Positions 51,121-64,000 of a stretch of 64,000 nt of DNA are shown one piece after another. The position numbers and the translations under genes are program-made. Every line of letters begins with the position of its first letter. Position 1 is the first letter of the stretch. Under the pieces are notes generated by a model. That model was not told the DNA's origin. It made no database searches and was given only the letters and a program-made list of their open reading frames with translations. This stretch comes from Camelus ferus (Eukaryota): contig NC_045696.1 in NCBI RefSeq assembly GCF_009834535.1, positions 71,984,001 through 72,048,000 on the forward strand, in the 5' to 3' direction.

Positions 51121-53804
51121 TTTTAAGTATACTATTTTTTAAATCATACATAATTCCACCACACTAACATAACCACTATTATTTTATTGTATTTCCTTTC
51201 AGCCTTTTATTTACAGGTACACTTTTACATAGTTAAAATCATAGTGTTAATAAAATTTCAATCCTGATTGTTTTTACCTAATATATCATAAGCATTTTCC
51301 ATGTTGCTACATGATCTTCATAATTCTAATTTTAAAACTTCATAATTATTCCTTAGTTATTCCTGGTAATTGAATAGAATACTATTTATATGACCATTCT
51401 CCTAATCTTAGACATTCAGATTATTTAAAATTTTTGCTATTATAAAATGATGTAGCATTTAACATTTTGAGGTGCATAGCTTTCTTTTTTCTGATTAGGG
51501 GCTTATGCTTAAGGATACATAGCCCATACTTTTTTTTCTATAAACCAATATATTTTATTTGTCCACTCTAAAAAAGAACTAGAATTGGGGTGGAAGTGAG
51601 AGAGGGAAACAGGTGGGGAGATAGTACAAAAGGAAAATCCCTTGTGCATAGATATTCAAAAGTATTTACCTTGATTGATTCCAAGACAAAACTTCCATTT
51701 TTGTATTAAAATTCACAGAATGCATCTTTCTCCTGTCAGGGATATTCTTTTGCTTTTATTTCATGGATATTGTGCCAAAACTGACAGATTATCTCTAGAG
51801 AATCAATTTCTCAGGTTGTCAGAAATTGTGATAGCTATCAAGAGAGATTTTTAGTAGCCAGATGTTTCAGATTTGCAATTGCCTAACTATATTATATACG
51901 ACAGTTTCTTTTCAATTTAACTCAAGAAACTGAGGAACTCTATTGTCCCTATCTTTTGTACCAAAAATCTGAATAGGTACTGTGATGATTTTTTTTCCTG
52001 ATTTGTGAATGTAGTTACATGGAAAGTCATAAAACACTCTGGTATTATGCATTTAATTAATTACTTTACTGTGAAATTTGGCCATAAGCATTGGCAAAGC
52101 TTTTGGAGGCAGGCATAAACAAAACACAGTCCCTCTGTTCAAGGAGTTTATAATTTATTAGGAAATCAAGAACATAAACCTGAGTTAATTAACTTTCTAA
52201 GTTTATGTTTTTAAAAAAGTGTATGGACGCACTCCAGGGAAATGTAAACGCAAAATGGATACTTAAAGATATTAAGGAATTATTGTTATTTTGTTAGATG
52301 AGTTAATGATGTTGCGTTTTTTTTCCTAAAGGCTCCTTTTAGAGATACTGAAATATGAATGAAAGGTTATAGTAATATCTGAGATTTGCAACAAAATTAT
52401 GTAGACCATGGGAATGAGTGAAGTATGATGAGACAAGGCTGGCCTTGAGAGGATAACTATAGAAGTTGAGTGATGGGTACATGGGAGTTAATTATACCAT
52501 TTGGTGTACTTTGTATGTATTCGAAACTTTTACAGTCAAAAATTATTATACCTCATTTCTTCCTTCAATTGTGATATCAAAACACTAAATATGACTGGAG
52601 TCTCAGTGATCCATCACACCATTTAACACTCTCTCCACTTTCGTGCCTGCAGCCAGACTGCCTGCTCTTTCCTCCCGGGCCTCCACTGGACTCCTCTAGT
52701 CACATCTCAGTGTCTGCTCTGCGTTACCTGGCAGCATCTACCTGGAAGGGAGATGTTGACAAAGCAGCTTGGTTAGTGAGAATCTGTGCTTACTTGACTC
52801 CTGCTTGAACTTTAAAATCTATGTTTTTTAGGAATAAAACAGAAATGATTCATCTTATGAGTTTCCTCAGGGCCACTGGAATCCTAATTTCTCTTGGATG
52901 AGCTTATCCATTCTAAACTTTAATTGAAACCACAACATGGAAACCAGTTGGCTCTTCTCTTACGTATTCTATCTGTTAGAAGCAGTAACACCTGCCAGCA
53001 TCTCAATTCCTGCCTTCCTTGGCATTGGGTTGAATTAATCAACAGACTATATAACTAACACAACAACAAAAAAAATTAAAATAGAATATCTTCCAGTAAA
53101 ACAAATGGAAAACTACAAAATAAAATCTTAATTTTCTGCAGTTTTTCAAGGAAGGCAGAGTGGTAAGTTTTTCATTTGATTTGGATTGTTTTGAATTAAA
53201 ATTGAAATTGGTAGTATAAACCTAGTACACTCTCAGAAGATATTTTCTTGTATTCCCTCTTTGTTGAAATTTTTCCCCTTAATCTGTTGAATTACCTCAC
53301 TGCAGTCACTCAAGTTACTGTTACTAAATAGGAAATTTGATGCCACTATTATTTGATTTTAGATTCATACTAAACATGATGTTCCCATCAATGAGAAGGA
53401 AGTAAATTTTTAATATTTTGAAGGACCAGTTTCTAATATCTATCCTAATATCTATTACTGTCTAGTTTAGTGGGTCCCAAGCTCTTTACCCTTTTAGATT
53501 CTCCTTAATTATTTCTATAAACAAGGATGTCAGGTGTTAAAGCAATTTTTTCTTTAACTACATGTATTTGTTAAGAAGTCATCAAGTAATTTCTCCATCT
53601 TTTTTTAAAGTAATAAAAGAACATACACAGTTCACAATAAGCTTGGAGTAACGTTTATTATCACCCTGAACTAAAACAGTCTCAGCTAAAAAGAAAGAAT
53701 TTCAATCTTTTTAGCAGTAAAAAGCTTTTCTTTTTCTTCAGCTAAACCATATCTGTTAGAGTTTTCTACATGTTGAAAATGATCTGTGATCCATATTGCT
53801 ACCT

Positions 53805-53866
53805 TCCCAATTGGGGAAATAACTCCCAACTGGCGAAATAACTCTCCCAGTTGGGGAAATAACTCT
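53805..53866. repeat. Three-copy 19-21 bp minisatellite
   Basis: TCCCAATTGGGGAAATAAC / TCCCAACTGGCGAAATAACTC / TCCCAGTTGGGGAAATAACTC. Confidence 0.9.
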
Positions 53867-54412
53867 AATTCATAAAATTATATCATTCAAGGCTCCTGTA
53901 AAAGAACTTTGATAGCAAGAAAAAAAACATGTGTTCTTGAAGATGATTTTTCTCCTTCTCATTGATAGGCATTATTACACATAAAGTTACATGAACTAGT
54001 AAATAATTTTTTACTAGTATGCTTTCTTCCATCTTTCTTTTCTGTATTCTCTTGCTAGAAGACCGAATTCCCTGGCTGTGCTGGAGAGAAGAGGCATCTT
54101 GAGGTTGACAGGTGGACATGTGCCCACCAGGTAGGCAAGTGATGAAACAAGTGGTTTATATTGAAGCCCTTCATGTCCATGCCAGCCCTCTCTTCTTGAA
54201 TTTTCAGTTAGTATAATCCAGTTCATTGCACAGAGTGCTAGGCCAGTAGGAAATACTCCACGAGGTCTAAAAACGTACAATGCATGGTCCATGCCCTTGG
54301 AGAACACAATCTAGTAGTAGAGGGGAAAATGCCCTGGGCAGAAATGTCTAAGATGTGAGGCAGAATTAGCTAAGTGCTCTAGGGATTTCATGTAGTCTGC
54401 TTGGGCTGTCCC

Positions 54413-54414
<2 letters not shown>

Positions 54415-54482
<68 letters not shown>
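54415..54482. repeat. (TG)34 microsatellite
   Basis: perfect 68-bp run. Confidence 0.97.
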
Positions 54483-54483
<1 letters not shown>

Positions 54484-54599
54484 TGGGAGGGTCACTTTCA
54501 GCTGTAGGAGCTAGGGCAGCTTCATGGAGGAACTGAGTGCTGAAAGAAGAGGAAGCCTGTGGAAAGTAGAGATGGGGAGATGGGAAAGTGTGTTCCTGA

Positions 54600-55370
54600 C
54601 AGAGAAGCAGAACCAATAGGAGATCGATCTACCTACCTACCTACCTGTCTGTCTGTCTGTCTGTCTGTCTATTGTTGCAGGGAATTGGCTTGACACAACG
54701 TGGGAGCTGGTTAAGCAGTCTTGTTAAGAGCTGTTGTCTCCGTGTTTAATGTTGGACCTTTTTCTTTAATTTAATTTTTTAAAATTATTTTTTATTTATT
54801 TTGTGGGTGGCGGGTAATTAGGTTCACTTATTTACTTATTTTTAGAGGAGATACTGGGGATTGAACCTAGGACCTTGTTTATGCTAGGCATGTGTACTCT
54901 ACCCCTTGAGCTATATTCTCCCTCCTTAATGTTGGAACTTGACGTCCGCAGTGAGGCAGTCAGGAAGACGTGATGAATGTAAAGTGGGGGAGATCAAGAG
55001 GAGCCCACAAACATGAGTTGAAAGAAGTGTCAATTCTTGTTACCTCTGAACTTGGTGTCAAAGCCATTCTACAGAAGCTAGGATCCTATATCACAGAGCC
55101 AAACACAAACACTTGGCTCTGGACTTGGAGATGCCGAATGAGGATCTAGGGGAAGAGAAAGAAGTTGCAGGCTTTGTTGCTACTTCATGCCAATGAGGTA
55201 AATCGGTTATCAGCCAAACTGTGTGTGAGCCACAGAATGGCTGCTGCTGCCCTTCTGCTCTCCAAATCTCATCCAACTCCTCCTTGTGGCTCACCCTAAT
55301 GGGAAACATACAAGGTAGGGCATACAGGGAAATGTAGGTCAGATGCATTCCAAGCCATCATAAGTTGTAT
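54600..55370. mobile_element. ERVL/MLT2-like LTR with (ACCT)n(GTCT)n tract, interrupted by a SINE
   Basis: gaagcagaaccaataggagat + tetranucleotide tract + ggaattggctt...gtgggagctgg; end caccctaatgggaaacatacaagg. Confidence 0.6.
54761..54925 (-). mobile_element. Vic-1-type SINE with 15-bp TSD
   Basis: TTAATGTTGGACCTT 54746-54760 and TTAATGTTGGAACTT 54926-54940. Confidence 0.92.
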
Positions 55371-55994
55371 CTAGCGTATAGAGCTTCTGAAAGTCAAACT
55401 AAAGAGTTTGGGTGATATAGACAATAAGTAAGTGGACACTGGAATTTTTTTGAACCAGAAGTGGCAAGAGTAAAGCTGCCTTTAAGGACAATAAAAATGT
55501 AGTGGAGTAGGACAGATTGGAGGTGCTGACTCAGGAGCTCAGAACCCCAGGGTGTGGTGGCAAGAGGATTCAGGAGGTTGGGGTGGAAAGGGAAGTGGCA
55601 GAGCCATGCCTAGAAATTTTGCTGCTGGGGCCAGTGCACAAAGATTCCTTTTGTATGTTTGAGGAAGAGGGAGGTCTCCAGACAAAGCATTGCTTGCCCT
55701 TGACATTGGTATGCTTGTTCCAACCATTTTTCAGCCTTGAAAATTTCAAAGCCCTGGGTCGAAGTCCCAAGTTTGTGGCCCTAGAAGAGGTTCTGAAGAG
55801 AGAAGATAGTGGATGTTGGTTGGTCATGATTTGTGACACCCAACAATAGCAACTGAAAATCCTTTCTGTGTTTGGGGAATTTTCAACATTAAGGGTCCTG
55901 CTAGACGCCAGTATATCACTTTTCTAGCTTGCTTTCTACCTAGGGAGACTCCAATTTGTAAGAGAACTGGAAGAAGCAGGGGTCACACAAAGTC

Positions 55995-57215
55995 ATCTTT
56001 TTCTTGCTGAATACGATTCTGTTGTATGGATGTACCACATTTCCTTTATCCATATATCAATTGATAAACGTTTGAATACTTCCCAGTTTTTGTCTATGTT
56101 GCACAATGCTTCTATGAACATTCTTGAATACCCCTTTCATTTCTCCTGGATAAATACTTAGTAGTGGATTTGCTGGGTCATATGGTGAGTTCAAGTTTAA
56201 GAACAGTTCCCAACAGTTTCTGTTTCTATTTCACATTCCCATCAGCAATGCATAAGGGTTCCAGTTCTCAATATGCTCACCAAAACTTGGGATAGTCCAT
56301 CTTTTTAATTATAGCCATTCTGGTAGATGTATAGCATTATTATTGTGGTTTTAATTTGCATTTCTGTAATCTGAATAATGATGTTGAATTTTCACATAAA
56401 TTTTAGGATCAGCTTGTCAATTTCTACAAAGCCTGCTGGGATTTTGATAGGGATTGCACTGAATATGTACAACAATTTAGGGAGACTTGACATCCTAACA
56501 ATATTGAGTCTTTCAATCCATGGACATGGGATATTTCTTCATTTATGTAGATCTTTTAAAATTTGTCTCCGCAATGTTTTATAATTTTTAGTGTATAAAT
56601 CTTTCACTTCTTTTGTTAGACTTATCCCTAAGTATTTTACCATTCTGATGTTTTACTTTTGATTCTATTGTGAATGAAACAGTTTTATTTAATTTGGATT
56701 GTTTATTGCTAACATACAGAAATACAATTGATTTTTTTTTTCATTTTGATGTATCCAGCAGCTTTGCTGAATTCATTTTTCAGTTCCAGCACTGTGGGGC
56801 ATTGTTCTCTATCCATGAGTCTGTTTTTGTTTTGTTATATTCATTTATTTGTTTTATTTTTTTAGATTCCACATATAAGTGATAACATACAGTATTTGTC
56901 TTTCTCTGACTTATTTCCCTAACCATAATACCCTCCAGGTCTATCCACACTGGTGGCAAGTTAGCAAAATTTCGTTCCTTTTTATGGCTGAGTAGTATTC
57001 CATTATATATATATTAATGTTTTCATTTTCTTTGGAGATATATATATATGCAAGAATTGCTAGATCATATGGTAGTCCTATTTTTAGTTTTTTGAAGAGC
57101 CTCCATACTGTTTTTCACAGTGGCTATGCCAATTTACAGTCCCATCAACAGTGTACAGGAATTCCCTTTCTCCAAATCTTTAGCAACATTTATTATTTGT
57201 GGTCTTTTTCAATCT
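55995..57215 (-). mobile_element. Mosaic of L1 fragments
   Basis: ORF2-antisense tracts (gggattttgatagggattgcactgaat; ttagattccacatataagtga; ctccatactgtttttcacagtggct). Confidence 0.85.
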
Positions 57216-58984
57216 CATTGACTTTTCACATACTACTCTGAGGTATGTATTTTGGAGATGAAGGAACTGGGGCTCATATTAAGAAATATGCCAACACCAC
57301 CTTCATAATAAATGGTAGAACCTGGTTCCCAGACAGATCCAAGTAACTGGAAACCCATGCTGTCCTGCTACACACAGCCTCCCCTGTGCCCATAGTCCTG
57401 TTGGGTTTCCTGGATGCAGTACTTGTAGAACCTTCACAAAGATCCTTTCCTTACCTTTCATAGCCTCCACATTGCCTGATCCTGAGTTCCTGGGGTGAGT
57501 GGGCAGTGGTGCCAGGACAATTTGGTTCTTTCTTTATATTCCTGGTACTTAGTACTGTTGCTGACATATAGGTGTTCAATGAATGTGGAAATAAATGACT
57601 GAATGAGAACAATTACACTTCCTGGAATTTTAAGCAAAGCTCAGATTTGAAGTTGGAAGGAAACCAAGAATCTACCTAATCCAAACTTGCCAGTCAGAGT
57701 AATTGAGGCTCAAAGGAGACAGGTATGATTTGCCCAGTCATCCGGAAATAGACTAGAACACAGTTGTCTTAGTCTGTGACTCTTTCATATAACCCCACAG
57801 GCCTATTTCAAAAGTTTCAAAGCTGATACCACTCCTCAGTTTGTAAGTTATATAAAATAAATACAAATGTAAAAGGAAAATAACAAGGGATCTGAACTTA
57901 TTCCAACTTCAGTGCCTTCATAGCTGACTTAACATTATTCATTACTTCTTTTGAGAAATCAGGCATCTGAAAGATTGGCATCAAATCTTAGACTCTTCTC
58001 AGCCACAAAATCAACTAAACAAATAGAACACCTGGCTCTGGGGTGGTGGACTAAGAACCTGGGCTCTGAGCCATATACTTCACCCAAGGTATGCGGCCCT
58101 GTCACATGAACAGCCTGAGCGAGGTGTTCTCTTACCCTTTTCACAGCTATGTTGTTACTCTGTAGGGCTGTATCCGATCTATCAAGAGTGAAAACAATCC
58201 CTTCCTCTCTCCTAACCCCTCCCTCTGGCTCTTCTTTCCAGCCAGACCTGATCTGCCAATTGTGCTGTCACCAAGGCCTCCTAGAGCTCACCCGTCAGGC
58301 CTGAGCTTGGACCTTCATGTTTGCTTCCCCTCCACTCAACCCTTCATCCCTGCACCCTTCTTCCAGGTCAGGCTATCAACAAAATCAAGGGACCTCTTCA
58401 AATTCTCTATTCCTTATTTCCTTTCAAAGTCATGATCTGCAGCTACAGCATTCTCCTTTCTTTCATTTTTGGTCAGATATAGGAGACCACGTGTCATTTC
58501 ATCTCTAAAGAACCTGCCTAGTCATCTCCTTTCCCGGTGTCCTGAAGGGTGCTTCCTGCTCTCTCCCAAGAGATTAACTCATTTGGGTTTCATCTTTAGA
58601 TTTCTTCATTGACTTCCTCTTTCTGTATATTTATTCTCAAAATGATAATTTCACAATATTAGCGTTGTTATTTTATTGTTTTTTCTCTTTCACAGTGCTA
58701 TACACTGTGAAACCTGATCTGAATATTCACTTTTTAAGTTTTACAGTATTTGCACAGAAACTTTCTCTTTCATCAAACTCTTCTCTCTTCACCCATCCCA
58801 AATAATTTCTTTGAAGAGTGACATATCTCAAAAGAAATAGAGAAAATGGCATTTACTTATTTACTGTGTAGCCCTGAGAAAAACACCCCAGAATTCTAAA
58901 GTGCTTGAGAAATGCACTTCAGTGTTTAACATACGTTCTTTTGATTGAAAATGTACAGAATTGTACAGAAATTATATGTAATGG

Positions 58985-59060
58985 AAAAGCTGTACACCAG
59001 AAATTGACACAACATTGTAAACTGACTATACATCAATAAAAATATATTTTAAAAAAAGAA
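58985..59060 (+). mobile_element. Very short L1 3' end
   Basis: gctgtacaccagaaattgacacaacattgtaaactgactatacatcaataaa + A-tail. Confidence 0.75.
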
Positions 59061-59379
59061 AGATAGGGTTAGATAAATTACTGGTGCTTGGTAGACGTTT
59101 ATAAATGTGTATAGGTGGTCTTCCTAGTTTGCTATACACACTGAAAATACTTATCCCAGATATAGATGTACAATTAAAGAATAATTCTTACTGCCCTCTT
59201 GCCATTTTTTTTTTCTCCAACTGAACTATATTAGCTTCCCAAATGCTAACCATTTTTGTGCTACTTTGGTTCTATGGAGATATTCCAGGTTTACTTTGGT
59301 TTTCATTTATTTCCTGGAAGTAAGAGTAGTTCTTACTCCCATTTGTTGGGCATTTACTCCAGGCCAGCCACTGCCTGGG

Positions 59380-59700
59380 CCTGTGCGGGCCAACAGAGTA
59401 GCCATTACCATATGACTGAGCACTTGAGATGTGACTAGCCCAAATTAAGATGACTTTAAGTATAATATACATATCAGATTTCAAAGACTTACTATGAAAC
59501 AAAGTAAAATATTTCAGTAATATTTTATATTGAGTACATGTTGAAATGCTGATATCTTGGATAGCTTGGGTTAAATAAAATATTAAAAACAAAACAGGTG
59601 AAGCCTGTTTCTTTTTACTTTAAAAAAATTTCAATACAAGAAAACCTGAATTTCACATATGCCACACATTTGTGGCTTGCATTGTATTTGTCAGACAGTG
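59380..59700. mobile_element. MER33/MER3-like hAT fossil
   Basis: tgagcacttgagatgtgactag...gatttcaaagactta...gtggcttgcattgtattt. Confidence 0.75.
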
Positions 59701-61879
59701 AAGTGCTAGCTTAGATGCTTCATGTGCTTCACAATGAATGAATGAATAAATGAGATCTACTTTCCTGACCTTTGAGGACAGCTCATAATAGTCTACCAGG
59801 AAGGAATCCTACTAACTTAGGGGTTGATAGAAACTTATTACAATTTAACCCAATCTTCTCATTTTGTAACTGAGAATACTGAGTCCCTGAGAAATTTGCA
59901 TGCCTTATGCGCTGTTCACTGAATAAAGACAGGAAAGCAAGGTTTTGATTCAATACTAGCTTTCCCTCTGTCATTATCAGTGGAAAATGCCTTGGTGAGG
60001 ATACCAGAAGTATCCAGGAATAAACACTCTGGATTCTAGGGGATCACCTAGCCTGCTACCTGCAGAAATGTTTCAGCTGTTATGATTTCAATGAATTCAC
60101 TCTTTGCAACTGACCAGAACTGTTCCAGACAGACACCTGGGCAGAGCCAGTCTCATGTAAGAAGTACCAAGATGAGCTAGGCAGGGAGGTCCAGGATGGA
60201 CATCTTGAGACAGTAGGACATTGTGACATCATCAGTGATGGTCCTGGATGGTTTCCCATTGCTGGCCCTCCAGTCTCAACTGTTACTGCAAGTCCATTCC
60301 TCTACCATGAGTGTGGAGCAGCTAAAATCAACAGACCTACATGTACCTTGAGGTGACAGACTGGCTCTGGTGAATATTCCCATTTTCCTATTTAGAAAGG
60401 GACCCACTGGAATACTGTTTTTGTTGGCTCTTTTGTTTGAAAAGGACAATGGTGCCCAGTTTCCCAGGGACACTCTTGGAAATTTATCCCCTTGTCCTGA
60501 ATAAGGATTCCTCTTCCAGTCGTTCAGAATGTGGGGGAGTCTCAGGCAGTCATTTCTTTGGCTTTACTGGTGACATTTATCAGGGACAGGAGAGTCCAAA
60601 GGCTTCCACTTTTTTCCCTACTCTGGTGACTTTGGTGTGTATTTGGGACCATCGCTCTCATGTTAGACTTCCTATGGCCACACTAGGGCCTACCCCTGAC
60701 CCTGAGGCCTGTCCTGTCTGCTTCACCCTTTAATCCTGGACGGATAAAACCTAAATGTCATGTTTCACTCAAACTAAAATAGGTTGCATTGGTCAGTCTC
60801 ATTTACTCTTACATATTTATAAATAGGCAAGCTTGAATTCAGTAAGTACATTTATGTAAATCTTGGGCAAAACTGCGTCCACCTGAGTTACACGTGGGAA
60901 GGTGGTGGCTGTACGTCTCAGACTAGTGCCTTTGAACTGTAACTGTGTCCACATGGTTACCCTGCAAGCTTAATTTTAGCTAGATGAACTACTGGAAATG
61001 TTAGCAATCTGTCTTCTCGGATTACTTTTGCTCTTTCTCTTTGCTGAAAGACAGATTTTAAAAGTATGAAATCCTTGGTTTTATATGTATCTTTAAACAG
61101 ACTTGCAACAGTTTTGTCAGCCAATGGATTAACTTAACATGAATTTTTAAGCATCTGGGCAACAATTATTTTTGAATAGTTGCATGTTTTAACTTGAAAA
61201 ATTATACTTTGTACAAATATTGCATATTAGTTTGTCTATCTGCCTATCTAGCTATAGGTATACAGTGAATGTGTGTATATGCACTTTTTTTATATACACA
61301 TACATATGTGTGTGTGCATATATCCATATGTATATATAGATATCTATATGTCAATATATTTATCTACAGCTATGTATAGATATAGATACATATCCGGGGG
61401 GAGAGGGAGAATGATAGTGGATTTCAGCTGGATGTTTCCACCTTATTTCTTATCGTTGAGATTGTCACTGTAGAAAATAATCTTTACAAATTCTGTGTTT
61501 AAAAAACCTCAGAGCTTAACTTAAATACTTGAAACCTCATGACAAAAAAGTAATAGGAACATGTTAATGAATATTCTTTAGTTAATTAAATCTTGTAATT
61601 TATGCTTTATCTTCAGGACTTTTCCATTTTAAAAATAATCAGGACAATTTTAACAAGTATGTTTCTCTCACTCAATAACAATGATTGAGTAATAATTCTC
61701 CATTGCACATTCAGTACTGTAGCTTGGAAGTGCAGTGATGGGTACAGTTGCTACTACATTTACCACCTGACATATGGTATGACATACATCTGCCAAAGAG
61801 GACAGACATTCCATTACAATAACAAACAATATAGGCACAGTCTGAAGGCAGACCAAGAGACAACAATTAGATATCTTCT

Positions 61880-63240
61880 TTTAATTTATCCAACCATTAC
61901 CATGTAGCACATATATATGTCCTATATGCCAGGCACTCACTTTGACACTGAAAACTCAAAGATGTGTGCAACTGGGTCTCTGGCACAGAGCAGTGCACAA
62001 TCTGGCAAGGGAGGTGGTCATGGAGGCAAATGATTATCATATGATGTCATAAGTATAACAGAAGTGCATACAAGCTTCACAGAAGTGCAGAAGGAGAAGC
62101 ATATCTACCAGCTGGAACCCAGGATGAGGTCAGGAGACAATTACAGAGAGGATGGTCTTTCAGTTGAGTACAAGGTCTTGGTAGAAAATACAGTGTGGTA
62201 GTTAAGAGAATAAAGTCTGTAACCAGACTACCCAGGTTTAAATCCTAGCTCCATGACATGCCAGCTGAAGAACATTAGGCATGTTATTCCATAGTTTCTT
62301 CCCTGCAGTTTCTTTCTTGGTAGAATAAGCATGATCACTGGGCATAGCTCATAAGGTTGAAGTGAGGATTATATGAATTAGGATGTGTTATGGGTTTAGA
62401 ACGGTGCCTGGTACATGAAAAGTCCTCAGTCAGTGTAACTCCAGGGATAGCAGAATGAGAGGCGGCAGACTTGGATTGTTAAAACGGAAATATGAGGTGC
62501 ATTTGTGTGGAAGATGGTGGGAAAGGGCAAGATGAGTGGACAGATTATGGAGATAGAGTCTTATACTCCACACCAAGGAAGCGCATGTTGATGGAGCCCC
62601 TGGGGAATTTTAAGAATGAAATTAAGATTTATGTTACAGCAAGAGAACTCTGGAGCAGTGGAAAAAGAGTAGAGTCCAGAAGATTATTTAAGAGGCCACT
62701 GATGGCTGAGGGATAGAGGACAGACTGAAGATTCAAAGTTATTTAGGAGGTAAAACTGATGAGGTTTGGTGAGTGATTAGATTAAGGGGAATGGGGTAGA
62801 AAGAGTTGTGTATGCTGTGGATGATTTGGTAAAAACACAGGAGGAAAAGCAGCTTTGGGGCTATAGTTTTGGATTTTCAAGATTGTCAGGCCTGTGGAAT
62901 AACCAAATTTAGTGTGTAGGCCTGCCACTCAGGAGCTGGAAGTCAAGATTTAGGACTCCTCAAGATATAAGTAGTAGTTGACATTGTGGGAATGTGAGTC
63001 AGAGCATGACACAGCTTGTATACAGGAAGAGATTCAGGGATAGTTCTGGAAAGCCCACCATTTAAGAGCCAAAGAGAGCTGAGCCAGCAAAGGAGAGTGG
63101 TCACAGAGGAAGGAGGAAATGTAGAAGAAAGTGGAATCATGGAAAATGATGAGAGGAAATTTAAAGAGGAAGTGTTCAAATACAGGAGAGAGGTCAAGTA
63201 GAATGAGAACTAAGAACTGCTCCCTGGACTTGGCAGAAAA
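61880..63240 (-). mobile_element. L2 LINE with nested MIR (62190-62430, + strand)
   Basis: L2 antisense start (atgccaggcact...), MIR gtggtagttaagag...ccaggtttaaatcctagctcc, L2 resumes. Confidence 0.75.
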
Positions 63241-64000
63241 CTCACGAGCTATTACCTCTGTGAAGTATAACAGTGTGGAGAAAGAGGGACAGTGAATCCT
63301 CTTAAGACCCTAGCTGTTAGTTAATATTTCAGGGAAACACTAGGTGAAATCCTGGAGAACATCCATGGATGTGGTCCAGCTTCAGGATTGCTGCACCAGG
63401 CAGATCTGGCCTGTCCTCGCAGAGCTGTTCTTCCAGAGCCTAGCAAGGACACTGGCACAGTAATATCTAAAGGTTGGTGGAAAGAATGGATGGATGGTCA
63501 GTGGTGGCCAGGGAACTGTCTTGGTCGCGTCGTGGGAGCTCCGGATACATGGCTGCTTCAGGAAGTGTCAGAAGGCCCCCAGGAGTTGCCAAAGAAGTTC
63601 TGTTGCTTTGATAAGAATTTCAAAGTCGTGAAGTTGTGGAATTGATCCAGCAGCTTATGCCTGCGCTGGGGGGGAAAGGCTGTTGGTGATGACAGTGATA
63701 ACAGGTGAGAGTGAAACACTAAGGTTGGTTCTGTTCTGAAACACAGTTTTCAGTCTTAGACGTGATTTTCTGATGTTTGCTTTACTACTTGTTTTCTTAT
63801 TCCCTTTCTTCGTGTGTAGAAGTGTCTGATCTCTTCAATTGGATAGTCAATTTCTTAAGGGCAGCGACTACTCCAAAGAGTTCTTTGTACTCCCTGCATC
63901 ACATACTAGTCTACTTGACCCCCAGCGCAGAATCCTGGTATCCTCACCCTCAACAGCCTTAGAACCAAGATTAGGTCAAGCCTGACATCGAGCCCCAGAG

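Noticed and set aside
53805..53866. CRISPR-like palindromic repeats
   Set aside because: Eukaryotic context, no spacers, only three adjacent units.
54311..54616. ORF with a poly(Thr-His) tract
   Set aside because: Translation of the (CA)n microsatellite.

Overview
Mammalian genomic DNA, most likely camelid (it carries several Vic-1-type tRNA-derived SINEs). Bases 1-~40.2 kb hold the 3' three-quarters of MCCC1 (3-methylcrotonyl-CoA carboxylase alpha subunit) on the + strand. I traced 15 GT-AG coding exons by hand (exons 5-19 in human numbering). They splice into an uninterrupted 1809-nt frame (602 aa + TAA) covering the rest of the biotin-carboxylase domain, the BT domain and the biotinyl domain with the AMKM motif. 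The remaining ~24 kb is repeat-rich intergenic DNA (L1, L2, MIR, hAT/Tigger fossils, LTRs, microsatellites); by human synteny DCUN1D1 should lie just beyond the window. Almost all ORF-track entries are spurious or L1 remnants. I see no convincing new multi-gene system. The most notable features are small structural events inside MCCC1: a TSD-flanked polyadenylated non-repeat retro-insert in intron 10, a SINE-L1 composite sharing one TSD in intron 11, a perfectly duplicated 5' splice site after exon 12, and a locally templated insertion inside a Tigger1 fossil. Repeat family names come from recalled consensus sequences, not a database search, and repeat boundaries are approximate unless TSDs are given.
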